A DNA stretch of 64,000 nt from Octopus sinensis (GCF_006345805.1 NC_042997.1:17484001-17548000), one strand, 5' to 3'; shown: positions 25,275-39,959, numbered from the stretch's first letter. Notes: a model not told the origin generated them from the letters alone. Numbers and translations: made by a program.

Positions 25275-25902
25275 AATGATGATGGTAATAATAATAATAA
25301 TAATAATAATTATAATAATAGTAATGAATTTTCCCATTAAATTCAACATATGAGGGGCCAGTAGCCAAGTTGTTTGACATGCAGTATGGATGATTTTTTA
25401 AGTAGTAAGGGCTTGTGAAGGACTAGACACAATCTTAGAAATGCTGACAACAGCAATTTGGTGCAAACTCAATTAGCAACAAATCTTAGGCTTTTCTATT
25501 AGAGATGTCCTGGGCTAGTTACTTTTGACATAATTTCTAGTTCAACCCACCCTGGTAGGTTAAGTGCACACCTGAGTATCAAACCAGAGAGTTCTAAGTC
25601 CTCATGCATATGTATATCATTTAATTGGATAGCTGTGGACTCTTCTGAGTACATCCACTGTTTGACAAGTTTTGTTTTTCATCTTGCAGAGAGTCCAAAA
25701 TTCACCCTATTCCCTAAGCAAACTTGACGTATTCCTGGTTTAGTCACTAATGGCCTAACCAAACAACAGATTAATATGGATTATATGTTATCAGTAACGC
25801 TTAAAAGCAATATATAAGTATACACACATCTGACTATTTATATGTACACACGCATACACACACACACATATGTTTATATATAAATATTTGTATATGTGTG
25901 TG

Positions 25903-25934
<32 letters not shown>

Positions 25935-25938
25935 TAAA

Positions 25939-26070
25939 ACTTTATTAATAAAGCTGCAAAGACATCACAAAAACTGTTACTCAGAGTTTCACATTCCTGT
26001 TCATCAGAATTGGAATGTGAAACTTTGAGTAACAGTTTTTGTGATGTTTTTGCAGCTTTATCAATAAAGT
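25939..26070. mobile_element. Fold-back element (59-bp arms, 14-nt loop) containing a hammerhead core on the minus strand
   Basis: Arms 25939-25997 and 26012-26070 differ at 3 positions. Minus strand reads CUGAUGA-ACA(GGAA)UGU-GAAAC-UCUGA-GUA^ACAGUUUU (26007 to 25970). Confidence 0.75.
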
Positions 26071-28499
26071 ATATTACTCTACCTCCAGAATTCAAGTACT
26101 ATTTTTTTTCACCTTGTTTCACATTTATTTGCTTACTCTGGTATATATATATATATATATATATATAAGTGGATGGAATATGTGGAAGTGGGAGACCCAG
26201 GAATATATGAAGTGAAGTACTGAATAATGACCTCAGGAAGCTGAACCTTTCAGTTGAGATGACAAAAGACCGAAATACCTGGCCGTATTTAAAGAGACCC
26301 ATACACCACAGTCAAGTGTTAAGACTGATCCTTCAGGTGGTGTAAAACACTCATGGCAGTGCCATGTAAAAGCATCTGTGCAACATCATAAAAAAGCGCT
26401 TATGCTGTGCCATGAAAAAGTGTCTAGGACACTCAGTAAAATGGTTGGTGTTAGAAAGGGCACCCAGCTATTGAAACCATGCCAAATCAGACTGGAGTCT
26501 GGTGCAGCCTCACCCCTGCCCAGCTTGCCAGTTCTGGTCACACCGACCAGTCTATGCCAGCATGGACAATGGATGTTAAATAATGAAGATGATACACACA
26601 CACACGTATATACATATAAAAATACAGTTCTCTTCATAACTTCTAGTTTTCCATGCTTGCATGGATCAAAGGGGATTCATTGAAGCAGACATTGTATGGT
26701 CAGATATTCTTAGTGCCACCGACCCTTACCTGTTTGCATGCAAAGTAATATTTCCCTGTGACTGGACACGTTTTCACAGAGGAGTTGAAACATTGTTTGT
26801 ATGACAGCCATGCATTTTTATATCTATTATGTGATACCAAAACAAGGAATCATCCAACCTCCAGACACTCACACTCACTCACATGTACACACACATACTA
26901 GTGCAGGTGTAGTTCTGTAGTTAAGAAATTTGCCTTCCAGCCCACATGGTTATGGGTTCAGTCCCTCAGTGTGGAACCTCAGTCAGGTGTTTCTAATGAA
27001 AGACTTGAGTGGATTTGGTAGACAGAAGCTGAAAGAAGCCAGTTATGTGTGTGTGTGTGTGCTTATATATATTTGTGTGAGTTTGTATGTGTATGCATGG
27101 GTTTATGTATGTAACTTACCCATTGATTTGACATCGTGTAATAGTCGTAAATGAGCATCATACAAGTGATACGCTTTGTTAACAATATTTTGTGAAAACA
27201 TGTCTGGCCACTTGTACCTTACTTGGAAAGAAGTTGGGGTTGGTGACAGGTAGAGCATCTGGCCATTAAAAAAATTTAGCTCAACAAAATCCATTCAACC
27301 CATGCAAACATGGAAAAATAGATGTTAAAATAGGGATGACAGTGATGATGAGATCCCTTCAATTTCCATCGTTTCCACCAACGAGATTGACTGCTACTTT
27401 TAGTATATGGCCCTTACTTTCATCCTTATGAATATTAGGATAGATTAAAAGATTTTAAAAGCTGCATTTTTTCTTAACCAAAGAGCTGTTTCTCAACGTT
27501 TTATATAACAAGAAAGTATAGTCAACATTTTGAAAAACTATATTCCTGTTATATACTTACATAGATACATGCATATGTGTGTATGTGTGAGTGGTTGTGT
27601 GTGTGGTTGTGTATGTGTTACTATAAACACTTAAGGAGTATGAAGTGGAATTTTTTGTGTGCATTTGTGTACATTTTCTTGTATGTATATATGCAAGTGT
27701 CTATTTACATATACATGCACACAAATATGTGCATGTGCATACACAAACACACACATCAAAATCAACATTCATCCCCACCATTATCAGCAACATTGGTACA
27801 ACCACCATCAGCGCCATAAGCAGTATAACTACTGCTACTACCAATCCACCAACTTCTTAATGACCAACAACAATGACAGTAACAATAGTATGAATAAGCT
27901 AAGAAACTCTATCTAAAATAGTCTATCACATTAGTTTATATAGAACTGTAGTGTATTGCAAAAGTTGAATGAAATGTCTTTGATCTTAGGTCAATGAGGA
28001 TTGACTTAGATTCAACAACAACAATGTAATTAACAAGAACAATATGACCACCACCACTGCCATCAACAACAACAATACTCCCACCCCATTATCATCACTA
28101 TCACCACCATTATCAAGTGAATAACTTTTGAATAACTAATTAGCAACAACAACAGTATCAGCATGACATCAATGCCTGTAGCTATGTATGTTGTATGTCG
28201 ACATAATAGTGTGTGTCTGTGTGCTTGAGAGAGATAGAGAGAGAGAGAGTAGAGTTTGGGGTTCTTATGGCTTCAACTAGAAATACAAGGGGTGAAGTGC
28301 CCATAAAACTAAGCACAGTCCTCCTAACTTACATTTTCTTTGGTTCATCTCATCTACAGAAGTAAAACAAAAAATGTTGTGCTCTCTAAAACAGTTCTTT
28401 CCTGGTGATATTTTTATACTATACATTTGTTGTGGATAATGATCAGTTGATGTCACTGTTGGATTTACTTACAATTCAAGAGGCATTGAAAGAGGCCAT

Positions 28500-29420
28500 C
28501 TAGTGGAATTTGAGGCTGTAGAGTGTGTGAAAAGGATTACAGTAAATATAAAATTCGATGTTTTAAAAAAACATGATGCTGGAGAAAAAAACCAACCTCA
28601 TTACCAGACATTAAAACTTGCAATGTCTACAGTAGGAATAAAAGATGACAATAGAGACAATATTAAGTCAAGTGCTCAAGAACCTACATTATACTTTAGT
28701 TTTTCATAAAACCTAATATGATGCTGAAACTGAAATGGCTTTTGAGTGTAAGCATAATGATAATTTTAAAAAAAGCCAGAAGTTTGGATGATGATTTGCA
28801 GAACAAGGAAGGTGAAACTTCTCATGGAAAAGCTAGTAAAAGGGTGTTAGAAAGGTTTAAGGATCACTCAAATTTGCACAATGCAAAAATGACTGGTTAA
28901 GCTGTCAGTGCTGATAGAGTGAATACTACTAATTATCCTGAACAAATGTAGAAATGATCAGAAGAAGTATACACCTTTGTCCTGCCATACAAAGATAGTC
29001 TCAGATGTGATATTTCAAATAAAGTATTGCTCCTTTTAAACAAAGTACTAAGCCACTCAATGAAGTTAAATAAGGTTTCTGATAACGAGAGTAGAATATA
29101 TCCTCAAGAGTAGAGCTTACTTGTTCCACCTAATGGATCAAAGTAAGGTAGCTAACTTCAAGGCATATTACCTGAGGAGAATTTTAGAACAACTTACAAA
29201 AGAAATTGACAGGGAAGATAAACCTGCAGGTAGAGATTTATAGATAAAGTTCAGGGTAAATGATGCTGTAGCTAACATCGATGGATCATGTGGTGAAGTG
29301 AAACTCTCAACATTGAATGGCAATTATAAAAATATATAGCCAGAATGTATCCAAGATTTTACAAGTTTTCTGTGAGCAGAAAGTTTACATCAAAGTTTCA
29401 AAAATATTGTAACACTTGTG
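28500..29420 (+). mobile_element. Tigger/pogo-type transposase remnant
   Basis: KRITVNIKFDVLKKHDAGEK...LAMSTV (CENP-B-like HTH); ASKRVLERFKDHSNLHNAKMTG*AVSAD; later MDQSKVANFKAYYLRR (DDE_1 motif PMDQG.I..FK.YY). Many stops and frameshifts; TIRs not identified. Confidence 0.85.
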
Positions 29421-29721
29421 AATGATGTAAGGTTTCAAAAAGTCACAGAGCATGGTGTGCATAAGTTGTCAGTGTCTCATAGGGAAAGTTTAACTAAAAC
29501 AGAATTGATACTGTGAGAACAAGAGAAAGCTGAGAATACAGATGAGAATATAGAAATTCCCACATCAGTAAGCATGTAATTATTGTACGTATGATTACTG
29601 CTCACAACAGTGGTAGGTAGAGCATCCAGTGAAGTGAGTGGTAAAAGTCCAGGTGGCAGGAGGGAGCAAGAATCCCAAGGGGATTGAGAGAATATATATG
29701 TATATAATCATCATCATCATC

Positions 29722-31410
29722 AGGTTCCTCAGGCTCTTTGAGAAAATATTAAAGACCTGTGGGTCCCTGAAACCCAGGCTGTTGCAGTAACTGGTCCTGA
29801 AGTGCAATGGCATTGCTGAGATGTTTGGCACTGTGCAGTGTCAACCCATTCTGTAGCTTTCAATGTTAAAATTTGGCACAATTCCTTCCAGGATCTTTCA
29901 GATGTTTATTACTGCATACCTCTCCCACCTCTGCTCCAAGGAGTACAGTCTTAGCTGTTTCAGCCTCTCCCAGTAGCTGAGCAGTTGCAAAGAGACGATC
30001 TTCTTTGTGAAGCTTCACTGGATTGCTTCAAGGTCCACAGTTACTTTTACATTGTTGGGAAACCATAGCTGGGAGCAGTAATCCATACGACTGAGGACAA
30101 ATGTCCTCCAGAGGAATCTGGGGGGGGGGTTGCCAGGGCACACTTACATGATTTGTGGAGGATTGCTGGGAAACCATCAGGACCAGCAGCTGCGTTTGCA
30201 TCCACCTCATCTATGGCTAGTAATATATCTTCTTCACTAATGTCAATGTATTCCAGGTTATAGGTGAGGTGGCAAAGAAATCCACTGGTTCGTTCACTTG
30301 TCTGTGTTCCAACGGGTAGGTAACAACACTTTTAAACTGGACAATCAGTACCTCACTGATCCTGGTTGGACTATCTGTAAGGGAGACATCCTTTTGGAAG
30401 ACAGGTCATACTGAGGCTGTTTCTTTCGCATAATGAAAGAAGGCCTTTGGGTTTGACTTAAGTCTTCTTATATCCCAGGCTTGTCTGCTCTCTCTCTCAC
30501 ATAGGATTGTTGCGGGCGTTTTTCAATGTTCATCAGTGTTGTTTTTAGGTGGGACCTTTTGCTACTTTTAGGATGTTGGTTGAATCGATTTGCAACATTC
30601 GTCCATTGTCTCATGAGGATCTTCCTCTTCCTTGAAATCTTGTTCCTATTTGTTTTGGCCTTGTGCTCTGGGACATATTTCTGGCATATGGCTTACATAA
30701 CAGACATGAAATATTCTAGTTTCATGCCAATCTCTGGTGTGTAGAGACATTTTGGTCAGTCCTGTCAGAAGATCTCTTTTTGGATCAATTTCCAGTCTGC
30801 TTTGTGGAAGTTCAGATTGGGGAGATTTTGGGTGCTTCCTTTAGGCTGTATGTTTCTGGCTACTTTCGGCCCAAACATGGACAGCTCCATTATGTTGTGA
30901 TCTGAGACTAATGTTGGTGTCACTTTCACATCAGAGATCCAAAATGTTATTCACCCTAGTTGGTTTGAGTACAAATTGCTCCATGAATAGGGTATTGGTG
31001 AGGTTGAGCAGTGCTTGTTTGTAATGAGTTATTCCTTCAAGCCATTAGATGTTGAGGAAGTTGAAATCACCCATAAGAAATGCACTCACGTGGTGTTCCA
31101 GTTTCATGAGGATTTCTTTAATTCTTGTGAGGCAATCTTCAAACATGCCTATGTGGTTTGGCGCATCTGGTGGGCAATATATATTACATATGACTATATT
31201 GTGTTGTCTTATGAATACAATTAGAGTGTCACATACTGAATTTGAGTATGACAGTACAACCTGGGGTGTGAGGTCATCATGGATGTATACAGCAACTCCA
31301 CCATGGCTCCTTCCCCTACTGTCTGTTTGCTGTATGGTGTATTTTGGTACGTGTTCTTCTGAATCCTCTATATCAAGGCTGAGGTGGGTTTCCACGAGTG
31401 CTATGCATAG
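29722..31410 (-). mobile_element. CR1-type LINE copy A: APE endonuclease plus 3' region, RT core deleted
   Basis: Minus-strand ORF 31045-31395 has IALVETHL...HGGVAVYI...NIYCPP...LMGDFN (APE). It continues through KSNPKAFFHYA and AAGPDGFP, then jumps at ~30115 to sequence matching copy B at ~32540. Confidence 0.9.
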
Positions 31411-33110
31411 GGCTTGATTGCAGACAAAGAAACCTGGGTTATAAAAAACATTAAGTCAAACCCAAAGTCCTTCTTTCATTATGCCATAGAAACAACCTCA
31501 ATATGCTGCAAAATAGGATTCCTCTTCCAAAAGGATAGCACCTTCACAAATAGTCCAACTGGGATCAGTGAGGTACTGAATGACCAGTGCAAAAGTGTCT
31601 TTACCACCCTGTTGGAACACAGACAAGTGAACAAACCAGTGGATTGTTTTTGCTGTCTCACCTATAATAAGCAAGGCAGTTACGATGGAATATATCGACA
31701 TTAGTGAAGAAGATATACTACTAGCCATAGATGAGGTGGATGCAAACTCAACTGCTGGTCCTGATGGTTTCCCAGCAATCTTCCACAAATCATGTTAGTG
31801 TGCCCTGGCGAAACCACTACAGATTCTCTTCCAGAGCTTTCTTGCAAATGGCAAGCTGCCAAACAAACTGAAGGAGGGAATAATAGGTATGCTCAATCCA
31901 TACAGGAGGAAGCAGAGCAGATGCCAAAAAGTACAGGCGTATCTTTCTGACTTCACACATCAGCAAAGTCATGGAACGGATAGTCAGAGGGAAACTCATT
32001 GTATTTTCTTGAAGAAAATGACTTGCTGAATGATACCCAGCATGGCTTTTGACCGGGTAGGAGCTGCCTGATCCAGCTCTTTCAGGACTATGACTGGGTG
32101 TAGAGGCAGTTACTCAACAACTCAAATGTGGACGTAATATACCTTGACTTTGCAAAAGCTTTTGATAAAGTGGATCATGGTATGATATGCCACAAATTGC
32201 ATGATCTCAGCTTAGCTGGAAAACTTAGAGAGTGGTTACATGACTTTCTGAAAGATAGGAGTCAGGCAGTAGTGGCTAATGAAGCCACCTCAATGAAAAG
32301 ACAAATAGTGAGCAGTGTTCCACAGAACACTGTCTTGGGACCACTGCTTTTTTTTTTACAGGGTACACTGGTCCACAGGGAATTACAATCCCAGAGCCTA
32401 AATCAGTGACGGACCTGGTATCAACATGAATGATGATACCTCTTTTCAAGTGCACATTACCAGGATGACGACAAAGCACAGACGACTGCCTAGATGGATC
32501 CTGAGAAGGTTCAGAACCAGAGATATGGAAACTATGATGGTCCTCTGGAGGACATTCATCCTCAGCTGCCTGGATTACTGCTCCCAGCTATGGTCACCCA
32601 ACAGTGTAAAATTAGCAGTGGACCATGGAGCAATACAGTGAAGCTTCACAAAGAAGATCGTGTCATATCAACAGCTCAGTTATTGAGAAAGACTGAAACA
32701 GCTAAGACTGTACTCTCTGGAATGAAGGCAGGAGAGGTATGCAGTAATATACATCTGGAAGATCCTGGAAGGAATTGTGCCAAATTTTGTCACTGAAAAG
32801 CTACACAAATGCCAGAATAGGTTGACACTGTACAGTACCAAAGATCCCAAGAATGCCATTGTACTTCAGGACCAGTTACTGTGACAGCCTAGGTTTCAGG
32901 GGCCCACAGCCTTTTAATATCCTCGTAAAGAGCCTGAGAGACCCGCACAAAGTGATAATAGGTGTTTTCAAATCAAAATTGGACCTCTTCCTGTTGAGAG
33001 TACCAGATGAACCTACCTTGTGACAAGAGGTGCAAATGAAGGTAGTGACATCAAACTCCCTTATTCACCAAATGCAACATATTAGAGAGTGCTCTCAATA
33101 ATAACAGTTG
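31411..33110 (+). mobile_element. CR1-type LINE copy B: 5'-truncated, RT core and C-terminus present, degenerate
   Basis: IKSNPKSFFHYA; TAGPDGFP; QHGF; DVIYLDFAKAFDKVDHG; VPQNTVLGPLLF; LDYCSQLWSP; C-terminal KLDLFLLRVPDEP...SNSL. Confidence 0.93.
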
Positions 33111-33202
33111 ACCTCAACAGAATTTGAACTCAAAACATAAAAACGGATGAAATATTATGAAGCATTTTGTGTAGCTTGTTTATGTGTATTTATTTGTCTG
33201 AA

Positions 33203-33239
<37 letters not shown>

Positions 33240-33479
33240 CAGTGTACATACCTAAATCTATATTAGACATTCTATATTATATAAACACTCAGAGACAAAT
33301 ATACATAAACACACACACACACACACATATATTTATAAAACTATCTAAATACTAACCTATAGTATTCAGACCAAGTTTAAGAATAAGAAAGGGACATTAT
33401 CTGATGAGGTAACTCTATGCTGCTGGTTTACTACCTTACTACTACTACTACTACTAATAATAATAATAATAATGGACTC

Positions 33480-33765
33480 TCCCATCAGAGACAACACATG
33501 GGTGTTCAGTTTTTTATGAACGACCTTTCGCAGATGATTTATTTATAGTGAGCAGATGTATGTGCAGTACATTAGCTCACACCTTTCAACAGATCGACAT
33601 TGCCTGGATAGGTGCACGGTGTACCACATGTCAGGTGTTGAAGTGATCACAGAGCAATGTTGGATGAAGTGTTTTGCTCAAAAACACAAAACACCACCTG
33701 GTCTAGGAATTGAAACCACAATCTTATGATTGTGGGTCCAACATCCTAACCACTAGGCCATGCAT
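33480..33765 (-). mobile_element. tRNA-derived SINE, third family
   Basis: Minus-strand head gcaTGGCCTAGTGGttagg...GGTTTCAATTCCtagacc followed by a ttgagcaaaacacttcat box. Confidence 0.7.
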
Positions 33766-36700
33766 AATAACAATAATAATATTGGTGTGTGTGTATCAGT
33801 GCCACAGAAAGAATATGTTTACATTCTTACTTAAACCACACTGAATTTAATCTTCAAAGAACATCTCTTCCTCTTAGATGGTGTGTTTTCATAATATGTG
33901 CTGTTCATTAGCACAATGGGACTTTGAGAGACAGGTGTTTGATTTCATTGTGTGTCTCTTCAGGCATAACTACCCTGAATCAATGAACTAAGCAAGAGTA
34001 GTTGCTCTTGTTTATAGAATCACCAAATTAAGCATTTGCTGATGTGTGCTGAAGTCTGCTACACTGATAATAATTAATTGGGTGCATGAAAAACAGAAAA
34101 AATTTGAACAACAATCTATTTATTCTTAATAAGTTTTTGTAGATTCTAATGTACACATGCTGATTGCTGTTGAAGTTTGCCTTTGGAGAACATCTTTCAT
34201 TGTTTCACAATTGATATTATATTACTTCAAATGTCTTCATGACTACTCATCAGCCAACTTTGAAAGTACAGTTGTATCTCTTCTCTGCTACTTATGATTC
34301 TGCAGAGTATATTTAATAGGAAGGAAGATTTCAAAGACAGCAGTGGAATTTGAACTCATGTTTACATTAATGGTCTAAGCTTAAACCACTCAACCAAAGT
34401 CATTATATTTGCATGCACGTTTGTGTGTGTGTGGGTGTGTGTGTGTGTGTGTGAGTGTGTGTGAGCAAGCACATACATGTATATATGTGAATATATACAC
34501 ACACACACATATATATATATACATACATATACACATGTATATGTGTATGTATGTGTATGTGTGAATGTATATGTGTGTACTTACATATGTACTTATATGT
34601 GTATATGCAGTTTTATGTGTCAGCGTATGTATGCATATTATATATATGTTGTTAGATTTATTTTTTGTAGATGTTCATCAACATATATAATTTTCATATC
34701 ATATGAAATCTTTTTAATCATGGTCCAATAGACTACAGATATCTTGTTTGAGTATTTGCCAACTACTTCATATAATTTGAAGAGCTGTAATGAGTGAGAG
34801 AGGTTCAGAGGTGGCTGAGTCAATAATGTTCCAGGCCATTGCCCAAAGTGTCAACAATTTGTGTCATCAGTTGTGTGGTTTAGAATTTTGTCTCTATCTC
34901 ATTCAATTTAAGCTATGATAGAAAAGTGCAGTGTGGTAAATAGTCTTAGCCGGATTGTTGAACTGAAAAATATTGAAATGGGTTTTTTACTATACTTCTA
35001 TGGTCAGATGCCTTTCCTATCGTCAACCTTCACATGTATTGCATAGATGGTTTGACAGAAGATTGGAAATGAAAGGTACCACTTGTATGACAGTTACAGT
35101 CATTTACAATTTTTCAATATCAAGGCAAGGAGACAGTAAGAAACACATCCATATGTGTGCGTGTGTGTATACATTTATACATGATGGGCTTCTTTCAGTT
35201 ACTGCCTACCAAATCTACTCACAAGTTTTTGGTTGACCTGGGTTTATAGTAGAAGACTCTTGTGTCTAAGACGCCATGCAGTAGGACCGAATCTAGAACC
35301 ATGTGGCTGGGAAGCAAACTTCTTACTACATAGCTGAGCCTGTATGTATATATATATATTATATATATATATATATATACAGACATGCACACATAGACAC
35401 ACAGATTTTATTGATGATATGACTATTGTTTACATGCTTGCATGTACTAGATAAAACTTCTTAAAGTTTTCTGATCTTAACAGCATTAACAACAATAGCA
35501 ATACTCTAATTTTGGTACATGGTCAGTAATTTTGAGTGAAAGGAGTTTGTCAATGCCATGAGTTTCAGTACTTGATTGGTAATTTATTTTATCAATGATG
35601 AAAGGCAAAGCTGATCTTGGTAGTATTTGAACTCAGAATGTAAATATATTGGTAATACCATCAGACATTTTGCCTGATGTTTTAATCATTCTACAAACTT
35701 GTAATCTTGTAATTTCTGACACAGACACAAGATTACAAAATATATTGACCTCAGTACTTGATGTGTAGTTTACTTTAATAGCTTTAGAAGGACGAAAATT
35801 AAAGTTGAGATTAAGATTTTAGATTTAAGGTTCAAAAAGTCAAGTGTGGTACAACAAAATAAAAATATGGAAACAATCCCTGAAATGTGGGGAGAGCAGT
35901 TATATAGGGTGAATTATATTACTCCTGACTTATCAACTTTAAGTACATAAATACTGATCCTACAGAAGGACTTTCAAATGAATTACTTATATTGGTACAA
36001 ACACCACCAGACATTTTGCCTAATGTTTTAATTATTTTAGTAAACCCATCAACTCTAGATTATACTGGCAAAACAAAGATAAATCATCACACTAAATGAC
36101 AGACCTCAACACTACAATGAAAAGGTTTAATAATTTTGTATAGATTTGTTGCTACAAACATATGCACTTTTTCTCTCATATGAATTTTCAGGGAAATAAT
36201 AGGCAATCAGGATGATTTAGTAATTTTAAGAAGTTTAATGATAGAGGATGGAGTTGATGGAATAAATTTTAGTTGCTTAACAAAAGGATGTTATGACAAT
36301 TCATTGTACAAAACAGTAGTTATGTTAGTAGTGTCAAATTTATAATTATAAAATTTTTAAAAATATGTAAATGCTTTTTGTATTTTTAAAATTGTACACT
36401 ACAATTGTTTTTATTGATAATTGGAGTTTTGTTTTTAATAGTCTAAAGATTATGTAATACCTTTTGGGAGTTTTGATATATGCCATTATGTAATGAAATA
36501 TAATATTATATAATGTTAATGTTATTAATTAGTTACATTCATTTATTATTCTGTTTTAGGTTGTTTTAAATTAGTTAATTATGAGATGGAAGGAAAAAGT
36601 ATAACTGACATGATAGTAATGTAAAGATAAAAAGTTGTATGTTATTTTATTCTCTGACCCTTAATTGTAAGACTAGACTGTGAAACTTTTAATTGCTTAA

Positions 36701-38049
36701 TCATAGCTGAGGATCACTTTTTATTTCACAATTTTATAATATTAATTAATTTAATGAATAGAAATGTAATTTTAAGTTAATGATTTCAGTTAGTGCGTGT
36801 GTTTTTTATGTGTTAAATTTCAATTTTGAACTGAATTTTATAAGGATCTCACAGATATTGACTTTTCATAATAATTTATTGATATTCTGTATTTTTTATT
36901 TTATGATAATCATGCCTGCATAATCCATAAGTAATTCATTTGACAGTTTTTCTGTTGGGTCAGTATCTATGTACTTAATGTTCATAAGTCAGGAACAATA
37001 TAAACTATTTAAATGTGTTATGTATTATGTTTCTTCCAGAAGTAAATCTTTAGCCATTTTGAAAAAGTGAATTATTGAGGGTATATAATTAAACTTATTA
37101 TTTATGAGATAAATAGAGTATTACTGACAATTCTATGTGTGCACTATTCACCATTGTTGTCATACACAGTACACACATATTTCTCCATTATTATAGGAAC
37201 TTACATTCTACTTTCATGTTTAGATCGAAAAATTAACCAGTTTTTCTTGTACCCATTCATACACACATCTACATAACCACATCTGTTCTTACAGCCAGTC
37301 ATGGGTATTAATTACATGAGTAATTATAAGAGAAAAATGCAGACATGTATTTACGGGCATGCATATACTCCATTAATACACACACACTAGTATATACAAA
37401 CAAAAATACATAAAAAATAAATGAAAATAAACAGAGTACGTGAATGAGAATATAATAGCTATAGTTCAAATTACAGGTATTAGCTTTACATATTCTTTAC
37501 ACCCAAGACTCTAAATATGCATTCATGTTCTTAATTGCCATAAAACTTAATACATGTCTTCTAAGGAGGTTCAAACTCAGTCTTATTTATGTTGACACAT
37601 TTATAAATTATTTTGCTAATTTAGTATATGCAAACATACTTTTGAAATTTTAAAGGTACATTTAGTCTTATGTCAAGATGCTTATTTTCTTAAAGCTGAT
37701 TTTGAAAAATTTGAGTGCCTTATCTAGTTTATATATATATACATGTGTGTGTGTGTGTGTAGCACATTAATATTAATGGAAAAATTTAAAGGACATTGAC
37801 CCTATTTAACTTAATAGTTGCAACTCTAATCAAGAAACATTAAAATACTTCCTATTTATATTTATGTTAGCAGTGTGATAGTAGTTTTTTCAATATATGG
37901 TATTTTATCTTGGCATTCATGTTTGAAGAGAAGCAGCATTATAATATCCACAAGAGTTAGTAAATTATTATTTACCCTTTCTGAACAACCAAATCTCATG
38001 CTAATTATGTCACGTATGTAACAGGAAGTATTGACTACTTTCTAGTGAG

Positions 38050-38260
38050 CTATCCAGGCATTTAAGAAAATCTATTTCCAGTGTCTCACAGTATTTATGG
38101 CTCCAAGGCATCTGCTACATACACTGTTTACTTCCTCTGTTAACCTGTCAGTGATTTTGCTATACCTCTTGGGTCCATAGTTTACACTGGGTATAGCATA
38201 CTCCTTTCCTTCATACTGAGCCAGGCCATTTCCCTAAAGATATTGGAGTCCTCTCTTCTT
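38050..38260 (-). mobile_element. Old RTE fragment (PHD-finger region)
   Basis: Minus-strand translation YGPKRYSKITDRLTEEVNSVCSRCLGAINT resembles WTHKRCSNIKGRVTGKIVFVCGRCSAAIN of the 9508 copy. Confidence 0.55.
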
Positions 38261-38312
38261 TCTTATTTACTATAACATTAGTCTTTGCAAAGTTTAATCT
38301 GAAGTCTCTTAA

Positions 38313-38532
38313 CCCTTTAGCATTCAAATTGCTCTGTCAAATATAATGCTTATTTACTCACATTGCTCTGAATTAATCCTGTATTATCTAGTAGCTTCAA
38401 GATTTTGATTATGTGATTACTTATTTTTAGAATGACATTGGAGGGTAGGTGTGAGAGGCCAGATTGGGCAAGTTTGGATGAAAAACAGATAATAAATTTG
38501 GGTTTGATATGGCTGGTTTAAATGCTAAAGGG
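38313..38532. mobile_element. piggyBac-type MITE (220 bp)
   Basis: TTAA|CCCTTTAGCATT ... AATGCTAAAGGG|TTAA: perfect 12-bp TIRs with TTAA target duplication (38309-38312 and 38533-38536). Confidence 0.88.
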
Positions 38533-39959
38533 TTAATTCTATGTGAAGCTTCTGTGCCTAGAATTTCTTCTTTCCTTCTGTTATAGATTCAGCTCTCACT
38601 TTTTCAACTCTCTCCCTAATATGAGACACTGGAGGATGGCGAACATCAAACTGTCCTACCTATACCAGCATGGAAAATAGAAAAATAAATGTAAAATAAT
38701 GATGATGCTCACACACATACACACACATGTATATATGGTAAAAAGAGCCATATGTACTAGTGTTTAAGGTGTTAGACTCATGATCATAGGGTTGAAGTTT
38801 TAGTCCCGTGTCAGAGCATGTCATGTTCATAAGCATAAGGCTTCATTTAACAATGTACTTATCAGTTCAGCGACTGCTGAGTGTTAATTCTAGTTTGGAC
38901 TGAAGGATGTATTGTACACTCAGTCACTTATATATCAAATAAACTGGACTACGTACACATTTCTTACTGTATAAATGTACGTATGAGTGTGTGAATCTGT
39001 GTGTGTATAATATATGTGTGCGCATACACACAACACACACACACACATATATGTATATACACACACACACACACACATATATATACACACACATACATAT
39101 CTATACATTACTTTGCATGTACATATATATATACATTCTTACTCACACTACCAATCACCTTCTTCTGCACCTTCAGCCACTGCTCTCTCTTTCTCTCTCT
39201 CTCTCCCTTCTGTTGTAGTCCATTCTAAAGACTTCTGTTATCTGCTTTCATTCTCAATGCCTACCATCATGACTCCACCCCACCTACATATCCCTTTGCA
39301 TCCACTGCTCATACATCTTGCACATCATCCCACTATTTTCTGTTCTCCTTTCTGAGCTTCACCTATATTTTTCACCTTACCCTCTACATACCGATATTTC
39401 CCTTCATCTGCATTCCCACCCTTGTTCATTTCTCACTACATTAACCTCTACCTCCACCAACTTATTCTTCCTAACACTCCTATGAAAGCATCCTCTCTCT
39501 CATCGTCTCTACTATCCATATCCTCTCTTATGCTCACCTTCTTGTTCCTTGAGAGTGTGCTTTAGCAACCCATCACTACATTCCTTTACTTTCTTCAGTC
39601 ATATATCTCCTCTGTAGAAAGATAATTGTACTTGTTGCTCTCTAATACTTTACACCTCTCCACATTCCTCATCTCCCAAATACTTTCTCTTTTATTGTGA
39701 GCTCTTTCTCCTTTTTTTCCCTTGTTCTATTCTGTCTTCTTTATTACATAGTAACCTCACTAGTGCCAGTAACATGAAAAAGGACTGGTGACATGTAAAA
39801 GCAGCCATGCTGGTGACATGTAAAAACACCCGTGCCAGTGACATGTAAAAGCACCCATGTTGATGACATGTAAAAGGCACCTTCTACACACTTGGAGTGG
39901 TGGACTATATATATATATGTATGTATGTATGAATGTACATATACACAGATATATATTTC

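Noticed and set aside
25690-25795. Exon after a strong plus-strand acceptor (ttttgtttttcatcttgcag)
   Set aside because: Stops in all three frames and no convincing donor; cannot be supported without transcript data.
29722-33110. Single LINE with a twin-priming 5' inversion
   Set aside because: The two oppositely oriented parts overlap by ~800 bp of homologous, diverged sequence; twin priming gives essentially non-overlapping segments.
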